From a bacterium (GTDB lineage: Bacteria; Zhuqueibacterota; Zhuqueibacteria; Residuimicrobiales; Krinioviventaceae): 64,000 nucleotides of DNA. The number at the start of each line of letters is the position of its first letter. Position 1 is the first letter of the stretch. Under the pieces are notes generated by a model. That model made no database searches and had not been told where the DNA came from. It was given only the letters and a program-made list of their open reading frames with translations. The stretch covers positions 2,912,001 to 2,976,000 of the forward strand of contig OY843751.1 in the NCBI GenBank assembly GCA_963693055.1, read 5' to 3'. The translations under genes and the position numbers were made by a program. Below are positions 19,638-29,564 of the stretch, one piece after another.

Positions 19638-19666
19638 TAAAACATTTTATCTTTTTAAAATGCTGG

Positions 19667-19697
19667 ACCGTTTTCCTAAAAAGAAATCGGTTTTTTC
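19667..19697 (+). terminator. Riboswitch expression-platform terminator
   Basis: ACCGTTTTCCT..AGAAATCGGT then U run; 5' arm alternatively pairs with AGGGAAACGGT (19628-19638). Confidence 0.75.
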
Positions 19698-19712
19698 ATT
19701 TTAGGAGGACAA

Positions 19713-22130
19713 ATGTTAAGAAAAACTTTAATCCATTTGATCTTGTTTTCTGTTCTACTCTGCTTCACTTCTATTCATGCTGCAATAATCCGTGGTACCA
19801 TAATCCATGCAACAGACAAAACACCCATTACAGGTGCAAATATTGTTATTGCATCCACCAATATGGGCTCTAGCACAAACAATGATGGAGAGTTTGCTAT
19901 AAACAACATTCCTCCCGGTAACTATGAATTAATAGTAAACCATATTGGTTTCAAGGTTGCCAAGCAAAACGTCAATATCTCTACTCATGATGTACAAGTA
20001 TCATTTACACTCTATCCACGTATTATTGAAGGACAGCAAATTACGGTTTCCGCATTACGGGCGGAAAACCGCAAAAGCCCTGTTGCATTTACCGATTTAA
20101 CAGAAAAAGAAATTGATGATAAATACTGGGCACAGGAAATCCCCCTGCTTCTTAATGATGTTCCGGGTGTTTATGCATATTCATATACAGGCAGCGGATT
20201 AGGGTACTCGGAAGTTAAAATGCGTGGTTTTGATGCTACACGTGTTGGCGTTACACTTAACGATGTACCTTTAAATGATCCGCTTGACCATATAACATAT
20301 TTCTACGATCTACCGGATATAAGCGCAAACGTGCAGGATATACAGGTTCAGCGTGGCGTAGCTAACTCGTTATATGGAACCGGAGCATTGGCAGGATCGG
20401 TCAATATTCGCACAGAATCAGCAGGTAATGAAAGATATCTCCGGTATACTGCCGGTACAGGCAGCTACAATACCCGCAAGCACACCATTGCTTTTGGTTC
20501 CGGATTGGTTGATAATACCTATTCATTTTACGGCCGCTTTTCTAAAGTCAAAACAGATGGATATCGGGATAATTCATGGGTCGATTCTTGGTCCTATTTT
20601 TTTAGCGCTTCCAGATATGATGAGAATTTCACAACGACTGTCAATCTGTTTGGCGGACCCATGAAAGCACATTTTGCCTGGGAAGGTATCACTAAAGAAG
20701 AACTTGAAAGCAACCGCCGATTAAACTATGATACATACAAAGGTGCTGCAGATAGCTTTAATCAACCCCAATACCAGTTGATTAATGAATGGACACCCAC
20801 AGATAATTTTAAATTGACTTCTACCTTGTTTCATGTTAAAGGTGATGGCTATTACGAACAACTTAAATCCGGTGAGAACTTGACTGAATACAACATGTCT
20901 GAATTTTCTATGGGAAATACGACAATCAGTGAAACCGATCTGGTAAGACAAAAATGGGTAGATAAATCACAATACGGTTGGATTCCTCGTATCGAATACA
21001 TTGCAGGCAGAAACAATATTTCTATGGGCGGTGAGTTCAGCATTTTCAAATCACACCACTGGGGTGAAGTCATTTGGGCAAACCAGATGTCGCCGGAAAT
21101 TCAGCCTGGTCACATCTACTACAAACATAACATAGACAAAAACTCGGTAGCAGTTTATATAAACGATCTGTTTGAAATAACACCAGATTTATTCTTGAAA
21201 GCCGATTTGCAATTTCAACATATAGCATTTGAATTTGATCAGGAGAAAATTGGTTCCTTTTATGGACACAATTATGAACTAAATTACAATTTCCTCACTC
21301 CAAGGCTGGGTTTGAATTACAATATCAATAAACAGATGAACATCTTTGGAAACTTTTCTGTAGCCAAACGTGAACCCAAAGATGGTGACATTTATGATGC
21401 AGATGATACCGGAGCTATTCCCCTGTTCAGAACAATTAATCTGGCACAAGGGATTTATGAGGATCCTTATATTGATGCAGAAACCTTGTATGATTTTGAA
21501 TCCGGATTCGGTTATGAATTCGAACAAACCCGGTTTAAATTGAATGCGTACTGGATGGATTTTCGTAATGAAATTGTAGCTACCGGTGGCATAACTGACG
21601 ATGGATACCCCATTTATGGTAATGCGGAAAAATCAGTTCACCGGGGCATTGAGGTTGAAATGAAACATTTATTACCTGCTCAATTCCTGTTTTCCTTAAA
21701 TGGATCATACAATGACAGCTATTTTGTAGATTATATAGAGTATCTCTGGAATAAAGATTACAGCGGTAACATTCAAAAAGACAGAAGCGGAAATACCATT
21801 GCCAGCTTTCCCAAAGTGATGATGAATGCAGGTATTTCAAAATCATTGGGCCCCATATCTGCCTCATTATCACTGCAACATGTAGGAAAAATCTTTTTGG
21901 ATAATTCACAGAACAATGAACTTGCAATTGATCCCCATAATGTTGTTAATTTTACTGCTCATGCAAAATTACCTCATTACTTTGGACCGCTGCACTTGTC
22001 TTTGTCTGTACATGTTAACAATTTACTTGATGAAAAATATGAACTTTCAGGTTATACATGGGATGGTTTAGGTTATTATATACCCGCTGCAGAACGAAAT
22101 TTCTTTGTTTCTTTGCAATCACAGTTATAA
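19713..22130 (+). CDS. TonB-dependent receptor, probable thiamine transporter
   Basis: Signal peptide, carboxypeptidase-regulatory-like N-domain, plug (MRGFD, VPLND, QVQRG), beta-barrel; downstream of a TPP riboswitch. Confidence 0.9.
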   Translation: MLRKTLIHLILFSVLLCFTSIHAAIIRGTIIHATDKTPITGANIVIASTNMGSSTNNDGEFAINNIPPGNYELIVNHIGFKVAKQNVNISTHDVQVSFTLYPRIIEGQQITVSALRAENRKSPVAFTDLTEKEIDDKYWAQEIPLLLNDVPGVYAYSYTGSGLGYSEVKMRGFDATRVGVTLNDVPLNDPLDHITYFYDLPDISANVQDIQVQRGVANSLYGTGALAGSVNIRTESAGNERYLRYTAGTGSYNTRKHTIAFGSGLVDNTYSFYGRFSKVKTDGYRDNSWVDSWSYFFSASRYDENFTTTVNLFGGPMKAHFAWEGITKEELESNRRLNYDTYKGAADSFNQPQYQLINEWTPTDNFKLTSTLFHVKGDGYYEQLKSGENLTEYNMSEFSMGNTTISETDLVRQKWVDKSQYGWIPRIEYIAGRNNISMGGEFSIFKSHHWGEVIWANQMSPEIQPGHIYYKHNIDKNSVAVYINDLFEITPDLFLKADLQFQHIAFEFDQEKIGSFYGHNYELNYNFLTPRLGLNYNINKQMNIFGNFSVAKREPKDGDIYDADDTGAIPLFRTINLAQGIYEDPYIDAETLYDFESGFGYEFEQTRFKLNAYWMDFRNEIVATGGITDDGYPIYGNAEKSVHRGIEVEMKHLLPAQFLFSLNGSYNDSYFVDYIEYLWNKDYSGNIQKDRSGNTIASFPKVMMNAGISKSLGPISASLSLQHVGKIFLDNSQNNELAIDPHNVVNFTAHAKLPHYFGPLHLSLSVHVNNLLDEKYELSGYTWDGLGYYIPAAERNFFVSLQSQL

Positions 22131-22136
22131 TATAAA

Positions 22137-22163
22137 GCCCTTTCTCTTTAATAGAGAAAGGGC
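22137..22163. terminator. Hairpin between convergent genes
   Basis: GCCCTTTCTCT/AGAGAAAGGGC 11-bp stem. Confidence 0.75.
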
Positions 22164-22168
22164 AACAT

Positions 22169-22705
22169 TTACATAGGTGGTGGATTGTCCCAATCAATAG
22201 GACCATTTACAAAACGGTATTGCAAACGAGCAAGTACCACCTGACCCCAGACAGCATTAAAGTACTCGTAAGCTTTTTGCCACTCTTTACCTTCTTTCCA
22301 ACCAGTATGTTCAAGCGTTACCCGGGTTTCATTTTTGGAGACAGGTTCAAAATGCACAGTTACACGGGTGTGCTCTTTACGTACATTTGATAAATGTGGT
22401 GGAGCATTCCAGGTAAATACCAAAAGCATTAGAGGTTCTATTTGTTCTATTGTACATCCTTCGCTTCCTCGGGAACCATTTTCTGCTTCTGTATCAAAAT
22501 ACAATTCATATGCTCCCCCTACCCTGGCTTCAATTTTACAATCAGACGCAAAAAAGGTTTTAGCTCCCTCATTAGTTATCCAGGCGTTCCACACTGAATC
22601 AACAGGTGCGTTAACAATAGCTGTTTTTTTAATAACTTTATCCATAGCAAAAGTATTTGATATAATGAACAGTAGAAAAATAAACACAAATCGATTTAAC
22701 TTCAT
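22169..22705 (-). CDS. SRPBCC/Aha1-like protein with signal peptide
   Basis: VNAPVDSVWNAW, RVGG.Y, TWNAPP, TRVTLEHTGW. Confidence 0.85.
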   Translation of the reverse strand: MKLNRFVFIFLLFIISNTFAMDKVIKKTAIVNAPVDSVWNAWITNEGAKTFFASDCKIEARVGGAYELYFDTEAENGSRGSEGCTIEQIEPLMLLVFTWNAPPHLSNVRKEHTRVTVHFEPVSKNETRVTLEHTGWKEGKEWQKAYEYFNAVWGQVVLARLQYRFVNGPIDWDNPPPM

Positions 22706-23088
22706 TTCATTTCCGGTAAATGTTTAAATTTATATTTAAAGGGTAATTGTTCGAGTTGTTCAGGTAAAGGTTTTACCAGTCCTGTTCCAACGTGAGGATA
22801 AACGCGTTGAATTTTAGTATCAACAAGCGGATCAAGGGGCATTTTGGGCATATTTTTATCAACTTGAGGATCAACAGGTAATGAAGGGATTATAATATGG
22901 TCATTATTCTTATATCGATAATATTTGTAGAAATCGGGAACTAGTGTTTTGGGATGTTGTTTTAAACTATCGACATTGAAATAATTGTTCAAGGATTCAG
23001 GAACCGGCACATTCTGCTTGGCATCATCTTCTGCAATGGCAATACCTGATAAAATTAAAGTACAAAAAACCAACAAAAATTTTGGCAT
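22702..23088 (-). CDS. Exported Pro-rich hypothetical protein
   Basis: Signal peptide (AIA|EDD), GGAG RBS, ATGA coupling to the SRPBCC gene. Confidence 0.75.
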   Translation of the reverse strand: MPKFLLVFCTLILSGIAIAEDDAKQNVPVPESLNNYFNVDSLKQHPKTLVPDFYKYYRYKNNDHIIIPSLPVDPQVDKNMPKMPLDPLVDTKIQRVYPHVGTGLVKPLPEQLEQLPFKYKFKHLPEMK

Positions 23089-23130
23089 ATTGAACTCCAG
23101 GTAGAATGAAATTTAAAAAATCTTAAAAAT

Positions 23131-23157
23131 TATACGTTTTTAAATTTTACCGGTTCC
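23131..23157 (-). promoter_or_regulatory. Putative ECF-type promoter
   Basis: GGAAC-N16-CGTATA about 40 nt upstream of the ATG at 23088. Confidence 0.55.
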
Positions 23158-23170
23158 TTGCATTACTCTA

Positions 23171-24643
23171 TTATTTAAACAAATGATTATATTTTTGATA
23201 TGCCTCATCCCACATGGCTGTTTCCTGGGGTTCAAATGTTTTCATGTCAAAGGAATTTTTAACAATTTGTCGTCCTTCTTCTATCGAACCAATCTCTCCG
23301 GCAGTAATTGCCTGAACCATAATATTGCCAATGGCAGTCGCTTCAATAGGACCGGCAACAACAGGTATTCCACAAGCATTTGCTGCGTACTGGTTTAGTA
23401 ATTCGTTTTGAGAACCACCACCTACAATATGCAATGTAGTAATTTTACTGTCACTGATCTGATTGATAATCTCAATCACATAACGATATTTTAACGCCAA
23501 ACTTTCCAAAATGGTACGGGTAAACTCACCGGGTGTTTCCGGTAGCGGTTGGTTTGTATTTGAGCAATACTCACATATTGCCTTGATCATATTTGGTGGA
23601 TTTAAAAATATGGGATCATCAGGATGAATGATTGCTTTAAACGGATTTGCTGATTTTGCACTCTCTAGTAATACTCTAAAATCAGCAGAAATACCGTTTT
23701 CAATCCACTCTTTGCGGCATCCATTCAACAACCACATTCCCATTATATTTTTCAAGAAACGAATTGTGTCATTGATGCCACCTTCATTGGTAAAATTACT
23801 GCTCAATGTAAGATCATTTATCAATGGAGACGCTGTTTCAATTCCCATCAAAGACCAGGTTCCACTACTTAAATAAGCCCAATTCTCACCTTTTGCAGGT
23901 ACAGCAGCAACCGCACTCGCAGTATCATGACTTGCAGGTGCTACAACATCTATATTAGACGCACCGGTTTCTGTAGCTATATCATCTAGTATAGGACCAA
24001 TACGAGTTCCGGTTTTAACAATTTCTGGCATAATATCAATTGGCAATGAGAGTTTTGCAAAAATCTCTGGTTCCCATTGTCTGGTTTTTGCATTTAATAA
24101 CTGAGAGGTTGAAGCAATTGAATATTCTGAAACCATCTCTCCGGTGAACATGTAATTCAACAAATCAGGAGTAAATAAAAGTTTTTCTGAAACAGGCAGT
24201 AAGGGATGACTTGTTTTAACCATGCTATACAATTGAAAAACAGAATTAAACTGCATAAATTGGATACCAGTGTATTTGTACATATCGTTCGCCGGCATCA
24301 TATTGAAAGCTTCTTCCATGATATTATTAGTACGGGAATCTCGATAAGAATAAGGATTTCCCAACAAAACATTATCGCGACCAATTAAACCAAAATCCAC
24401 ACCCCACGTATCAACACCCAGGCTGGTTATGTTTTTATATCCTTTTTTTATAGAGTTCGATAAAGCTTCTTTTAACTCTTCGAATAATTTTAAAATATCC
24501 CAATAATAATGACCCCACAGTAGTACCTGAACATTAGGGAATCGATGCACTTCTGTTAATTCAATCTTTCCATTCTCCAGACTTCCAACAATTCCACGCC
24601 CACTACTGGCACCAATATCAAAAGCTAGATATTCCCTTTTCAT
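23171..24643 (-). CDS. rhaB: Rhamnulokinase/fuculokinase (FGGY family)
   Basis: DIGASSGR, VDTWGVDFG, YRDSRT, SHDTASA, SSGTWSL, FTNEGG. Confidence 0.92.
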   Translation of the reverse strand: MKREYLAFDIGASSGRGIVGSLENGKIELTEVHRFPNVQVLLWGHYYWDILKLFEELKEALSNSIKKGYKNITSLGVDTWGVDFGLIGRDNVLLGNPYSYRDSRTNNIMEEAFNMMPANDMYKYTGIQFMQFNSVFQLYSMVKTSHPLLPVSEKLLFTPDLLNYMFTGEMVSEYSIASTSQLLNAKTRQWEPEIFAKLSLPIDIMPEIVKTGTRIGPILDDIATETGASNIDVVAPASHDTASAVAAVPAKGENWAYLSSGTWSLMGIETASPLINDLTLSSNFTNEGGINDTIRFLKNIMGMWLLNGCRKEWIENGISADFRVLLESAKSANPFKAIIHPDDPIFLNPPNMIKAICEYCSNTNQPLPETPGEFTRTILESLALKYRYVIEIINQISDSKITTLHIVGGGSQNELLNQYAANACGIPVVAGPIEATAIGNIMVQAITAGEIGSIEEGRQIVKNSFDMKTFEPQETAMWDEAYQKYNHLFK

Positions 24644-24667
24644 CCTAATCCCTTTCTATTACAACAG

Positions 24668-25858
24668 TTACAGCGTTTCTTTCAATAACTCTATTACACC
24701 ATTTTCTAATTTTTCTTCAGAAGATTTTCCTGAACCTATTGTATATAACCGCACATTACCTTTTTTGTCAATCAAAACCATATGAGGTATTCCATAAACA
24801 CCAAAGGCTCTGGCGTTAGCAGCGCCATCAGACGAGTTTGAAATTGCAGTTGGAATGGAAATATTCATATTTTCTTTGAATTTTTTTACCCATTCTTCTT
24901 CCCGTTCAGGTGAAATATTTTTTAAATTTTTTCCAAGCTGATTAAAATATCCATAATATTGGGTCACACCTATTGCCTGAAATCCTTGATCTCCATATTC
25001 CTCATAAAGAGATTGCAAAAATGGCAGTATATCTCTGCAAGGCGGACACCAGGGTGCCCAAAAATCCAACAAAACCACTTTTCCCTTTAATGATTTTAAA
25101 GGTAAAGGAGCAGAACCTAACCAGTTATCAACTTGTAGTTCAGTTGCAGGCTTGCCGACCATTTCAATCAATTGTCGTTTTGCGGCAATTTTTTTAAGAT
25201 TATTGGGTGTCAGGTTAGCTATTGATTCAGCCTGGTTAATAATATCCAGAGCTTTTTTTGAGTCATTCATAGTTATGAATAACTCGGCTTTATCCAGTAA
25301 TAAAGATACAGTCAAGGTTGAATCTACATTTTCAATTGCATTATCTACAACACGTAAGGCATTTTCAAACTCACCCTCTTCAATATATCCATATTGCATA
25401 TATGAATAATAATTTTCAATTTTGGGTGGTTGCTTTTCTAAAATATGCGATTGAAACAGATCTTCGGATTTTGCAATTTCACCCTCATAAACATATAATT
25501 GAAACAACAGATCCAGAAAATCAATATCTGCATCGTCTATGGGTTTACGTTCCATTACCTGAACTGCTTTATCAAATTGCTCGGAAAAATAATACAATTG
25601 AGCTGCGGCAAATAGATCAGATTCCGGAACCTGATCAGGAATCATTTTGGCAGTATATTTTTCAGCAAGCAATTTTTGTTCATTACGAAGACTGTCATGA
25701 TCAGATAAACCGGCTTGCACGCCTTTAATCAAGATACTGTCTACCTCTGCGATCTTTTGCTGTAAATTATCATATGTATGCGTGCCGCAGGAGGTTAAAA
25801 CAAGAATAGAGATAATGCTAAAAATCAATAAAAGTCCTAAAAATGCGCGAAAATTCAT
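24668..25858 (-). CDS. Lipoprotein with TPR-like region and TlpA/ResA thioredoxin domain
   Basis: Lipobox LTSC; LDFWAPWCPPC; cis-Pro GIP. Confidence 0.85.
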   Translation of the reverse strand: MNFRAFLGLLLIFSIISILVLTSCGTHTYDNLQQKIAEVDSILIKGVQAGLSDHDSLRNEQKLLAEKYTAKMIPDQVPESDLFAAAQLYYFSEQFDKAVQVMERKPIDDADIDFLDLLFQLYVYEGEIAKSEDLFQSHILEKQPPKIENYYSYMQYGYIEEGEFENALRVVDNAIENVDSTLTVSLLLDKAELFITMNDSKKALDIINQAESIANLTPNNLKKIAAKRQLIEMVGKPATELQVDNWLGSAPLPLKSLKGKVVLLDFWAPWCPPCRDILPFLQSLYEEYGDQGFQAIGVTQYYGYFNQLGKNLKNISPEREEEWVKKFKENMNISIPTAISNSSDGAANARAFGVYGIPHMVLIDKKGNVRLYTIGSGKSSEEKLENGVIELLKETL

Positions 25859-25934
25859 AAACACACCTTTACATAAAATACTATTATTATTGACTTACAA
25901 TATACAAATTCTTGTGTGTCTATCAAATAAAAAT

Positions 25935-25974
25935 AAAAAAAAATCCTGCACCACAATTACAGTACAGGATTTTT
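25935..25974 (-). terminator. Rho-independent terminator of the PadR-Mrp operon
   Basis: AAAATCCTGTAC/GTGCAGGATTTT stem plus U tract on the minus strand. Confidence 0.8.
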
Positions 25975-25996
25975 AATAATTATTTCAGTTTATAAT

Positions 25997-27223
25997 CTAG
26001 TGATCACAAACATTATCACCGGTTTCAAGTGTATCATTTACATGACTAATTACCAGATTTTCAGGAGTATCAACAGAAGCTCCGGTAATAACATGCACCT
26101 TTTTCTCTTCAAACAGACTTTGTGCACGTTGTCCCATTCCACCAGCAATAATTGTATGAACCTGATTTTCATGGCACCATTCCGGCAATACACCGGGTTC
26201 ATGTGGTGGAGGATTCAAAACTTTACTTTTAACAATTTTATTCTCATTCTTGTCATAATCAATAAACGCAAATTTATCACTATGACCAAAATGCATACAC
26301 AGCTTGCCATCGCTTATAGGAATTGCGTACCGTACAATGTTTTCCGGCAAGGATTCACTTGACTTTTTAACTTCTTTTGGAGTTGTACTTACCGGCAATT
26401 CATCGCCTAAAGCGTTTACCATCTTTTCAATAATTGCCTGGATCTTTTTTGCAGTTTCGGATTTATTATAGAAATAAATATAGGGTCTGCCTTCATCGCT
26501 TGCAGTCACAATGTCCGGTTCTAAGGGAATCTGACCCAAAAAGTTCACACCCATATCTTTGGCCATTTCTTCACCACCACCAGATTTGAAAATATCAATT
26601 TTATCATGGCAATGCGGGCAAACAAAACCACTCATATTTTCAATTACTCCCAAAACCGGCAAATTTACTTGTTCGCAAAAATTAATAGATCGTCTCACAT
26701 CAGACACGGCAATGTCCTGAGGAGTAGTCACAACAACAGCACCTGAAGCATTTTTAATTATTTGAACGACTGATAAAGGTTCATCACCTGTTCCCGGGGG
26801 ACAGTCAATAATCAAATAATCCAGATCTCCCCAACTCACATCTTTGATCAATTGCTGTATTGCACCCATCTTCATGGGGCCGCGCCATATTACCGCATCG
26901 TCATTATTTTTTAACAGCATACCCAATGAGACGACTTTTAAATTGTTACCATATTGCATGGGAATCAATCCGTTTTCATCGGATTGCATTTTATCTTTGT
27001 CTAAACCTAAAAGTTTTGGAATACTGGGACCATGAAAATCAACATCAAGCAAGCCTGTCTTATATCCATCCAGACCCAATGAAATAGCAAGATTCGCAGC
27101 AACAGTGCTTTTGCCTACCCCACCTTTACCAGATAAAACCAGTATTTTGTGTTTAAATCGTTCCAGTGTTTTTTCAATTTCAATTTGTTCTAATACTCTG
27201 TCAGGATTTTGTTCATGATTCAT
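25997..27223 (-). CDS. apbC: Mrp/ApbC Fe-S carrier ATPase fused to a C-terminal NifB/NifX domain
   Basis: SGKGGVGKST, DCPPGTGDE, ENMSGFVCPHC; C-terminal HFGH...PPHEPG...GGMG...NVCDH. Confidence 0.92.
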   Translation of the reverse strand: MNHEQNPDRVLEQIEIEKTLERFKHKILVLSGKGGVGKSTVAANLAISLGLDGYKTGLLDVDFHGPSIPKLLGLDKDKMQSDENGLIPMQYGNNLKVVSLGMLLKNNDDAVIWRGPMKMGAIQQLIKDVSWGDLDYLIIDCPPGTGDEPLSVVQIIKNASGAVVVTTPQDIAVSDVRRSINFCEQVNLPVLGVIENMSGFVCPHCHDKIDIFKSGGGEEMAKDMGVNFLGQIPLEPDIVTASDEGRPYIYFYNKSETAKKIQAIIEKMVNALGDELPVSTTPKEVKKSSESLPENIVRYAIPISDGKLCMHFGHSDKFAFIDYDKNENKIVKSKVLNPPPHEPGVLPEWCHENQVHTIIAGGMGQRAQSLFEEKKVHVITGASVDTPENLVISHVNDTLETGDNVCDH

Positions 27224-27240
27224 AATATTTTATCCCTGCT

Positions 27241-28113
27241 TCAATTTGAATAGTTGAGTGATTTTAATACAGAATCCCAAATGGATTTATATATATCAAT
27301 TAATTGTTTATTGCCGTATTCAATAATACTTTTTCCTTCTTTTTGTGCAGAAAGAATATCAGTGTGATATGGAATTTTTCCAGCAATTTTTATTCCGTTT
27401 TCTTGACAAAAATTAAAAATTTTGCCAGAAAGGTCATAATTCAAATCATATTTATTAATGACTACCAATGGGTATACACCAAAATGCTTAACAAGTTCCA
27501 AAACTCTTTTCATATCATGTATTGCAGATAATGTAGGTTCAGTTACTACAAGAGCAATATCAGCTCCACCAAGAGACGCGATAACCGGGCAACCGGTTCC
27601 TGGAGGACCATCGGTCAGGATCAATGAAAAATCTTTATCTTCACATACTTTTTTTGCTTCATTTCTCACCAAGGAAACAAGTTTACCAGAATTTTCTTCA
27701 CCCGGTTCAAGCTGTGCATGAATAAATGGGAGCCCTTGTTTCGAGCTTGACTGGTACCACTCTCCATTTATTCTGTCATTGAAATTTATTGCATCCGATG
27801 GACAATTCCAAACACAAACACCGCAGCCCTCACAGGCCAATGGATTTACTGATAAATCAGAGGTTATTGCATTAAATCTACACACCTCCTTGCATTTACC
27901 ACATTCACTACATAATGATTTATCAATTTCTGCAGCTTTACCACCGGAAAAAGAATGCACTTTTTGATTCGATGGATTCAACAATAAAAATAAATCCGGA
28001 GCATCTACATCAGCATCCGCGAGTACAGCATTGCTAATCAATGAAGAAAATGCACCAGTCACAGATGTCTTGCCCGTTCCACCCTTACCGCTTATTATTA
28101 TAATTTCTTTCAT
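27241..28113 (-). CDS. MinD/CobQ-like P-loop ATPase with 2x[4Fe-4S] ferredoxin insert
   Basis: SGKGGTGKT; CSECGKC..VC and CEGCGVC...CP; DGPPGTGCP. Confidence 0.9.
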   Translation of the reverse strand: MKEIIIISGKGGTGKTSVTGAFSSLISNAVLADADVDAPDLFLLLNPSNQKVHSFSGGKAAEIDKSLCSECGKCKEVCRFNAITSDLSVNPLACEGCGVCVWNCPSDAINFNDRINGEWYQSSSKQGLPFIHAQLEPGEENSGKLVSLVRNEAKKVCEDKDFSLILTDGPPGTGCPVIASLGGADIALVVTEPTLSAIHDMKRVLELVKHFGVYPLVVINKYDLNYDLSGKIFNFCQENGIKIAGKIPYHTDILSAQKEGKSIIEYGNKQLIDIYKSIWDSVLKSLNYSN

Positions 28114-28955
28114 GATTTCAATCTATTTTCTATTTGTTCAAATAATTTAAGGAACGAAAGTTTAAATGCTGGAATCGAATTAATCAACAACTCCCCTTTC
28201 GAATACAATTCGGCAATGGTCCTGTCAAGAGGTATCTTTATATGTATTGGTATATCATTTTCATATGCATAGTTCTTGACATCAGGATAATTGGTGTCGC
28301 TTTTATTTAACACAATTCCAAAAGGAGTGTTTAATTTTTTAACAACTTTGACAGCCAGCTTGAGATCATTAAATCCAAAAGGAGAATCTTCAGCAACAAG
28401 AATAATATAATCCGAATCACGCATTGCTTCCACAGCAGGACAAGCAGTTCCGGGTGGAGAATCAATTATATTGATTACTGTGTCATCAATATATTCCTTG
28501 ACTGCATTTATAACCGGTGGTGATTTTGCTTCTCCTATTGTCAATAATCCTGAATATACCTTGATTGATCCACTTGAACCTGATTTTACAAGTCCAGTAG
28601 AATGTTCACGTTCTGAAATTGCATTTTCCGGACAGGCTATTGTACACCCTCCACAGGCATGACACAATTCAGGAAAAACCAAAACCTGCTTGCCAAAAAC
28701 AGAAATTGCGTTAAATTCACATACTTGCCCACATTGGTTGCACAAATTACATTTTTGATGATCAATTTCAGGCACCAATATATTTACAGGATTCTCTGTT
28801 TCAACAAGAGAATTCATAAAAATATCAACATTGGGGGCTTCAACATCACAATCCAAAAGCTGTACATGCTGTTTTTCACTCAATACTGCCGCCAAATTGG
28901 TTGAAACAAGTGTTTTACCTGTTCCCCCCTTGCCGCTTGCAATAACAATATTCAT
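28110..28955 (-). CDS. MinD/CobQ-like P-loop ATPase with 2x[4Fe-4S] ferredoxin insert
   Basis: SGKGGTGKT; CNLCNQC...C and CHACGGC...CP; DSPPGTACP. Confidence 0.9.
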   Translation of the reverse strand: MNIVIASGKGGTGKTLVSTNLAAVLSEKQHVQLLDCDVEAPNVDIFMNSLVETENPVNILVPEIDHQKCNLCNQCGQVCEFNAISVFGKQVLVFPELCHACGGCTIACPENAISEREHSTGLVKSGSSGSIKVYSGLLTIGEAKSPPVINAVKEYIDDTVINIIDSPPGTACPAVEAMRDSDYIILVAEDSPFGFNDLKLAVKVVKKLNTPFGIVLNKSDTNYPDVKNYAYENDIPIHIKIPLDRTIAELYSKGELLINSIPAFKLSFLKLFEQIENRLKS

Positions 28956-28964
28956 AAAATATAT

Positions 28965-29174
28965 TTACCTTTGTTTCGTCATTTTAACACCACAATCAGG
29001 ACACTCGGTTTGCGAACAAGGCACACCACGTTGATGGGTAACAATTTTACCACAGGATGAGCAAAAACAGTTACCACCTGAACCTATATTACCACCTTTA
29101 CCGCCTCTAGAGTTTCCCAAATTTTTTCCACGTCCTGGCCCAGATGTAGGGCCTGTTCCATCGCCGCCTGGCAT
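28965..29174 (-). CDS. Small Gly-rich, Cys-rich protein (DUF5320-like N-terminus, metal ribbon)
   Basis: MPGGDGTGP; CFCSSCG...GVPC...CPDCG. Confidence 0.85.
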   Translation of the reverse strand: MPGGDGTGPTSGPGRGKNLGNSRGGKGGNIGSGGNCFCSSCGKIVTHQRGVPCSQTECPDCGVKMTKQR

Positions 29175-29191
29175 ACTAAACTCCTTTGGTT

Positions 29192-29560
29192 TTATGCCCA
29201 GTGCCCCTCTACATCTGCACCGGAAGCCAATTCCAATTGATTGTTATTAAACGCATCCAAAGCATCTTGAACTGTGCCTTTTATACCAATAAAAATCTTG
29301 ACCTCGGCTGCATTCAAAGCACGGAATGCTTTAGGTCCGCAATGACCGGTTAACAATATATCTGCATTTAAATCTGTAACATGCTTGGCCGCCTGAATTC
29401 CCGCACCAGAAGGTGTATTTAATACCTGGTTATTATCCGCAAATTCAAATGTATTGCTTTCAGTATCAAAAATTACAAAGCCCTTTGCCCGTCCAAAACG
29501 TTCATCAACCGGGCTTGACAGGTCTGAACCTGTACTTGAAATTACTATTTTCATATCCAT
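29192..29560 (-). CDS. NifB/NifX family FeMo-cofactor-binding-domain protein
   Basis: RFGRA, GAGIQAA, TGHCGPKAF, VEGHW. Confidence 0.9.
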   Translation of the reverse strand: MDMKIVISSTGSDLSSPVDERFGRAKGFVIFDTESNTFEFADNNQVLNTPSGAGIQAAKHVTDLNADILLTGHCGPKAFRALNAAEVKIFIGIKGTVQDALDAFNNNQLELASGADVEGHWA

Positions 29561-29564
29561 TGCC

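Noticed and set aside
19500-19712. Cobalamin riboswitch / BtuB assignment for the TonB receptor
   Set aside because: The leader matches TPP motifs (CTGAGA, AACCTGA, AGCGTAGG), not a B12 box
25997-29560. NifB/NifX domains as evidence of nitrogen fixation
   Set aside because: No nifHDK in the window; this domain is common in non-diazotrophs in exactly this cassette
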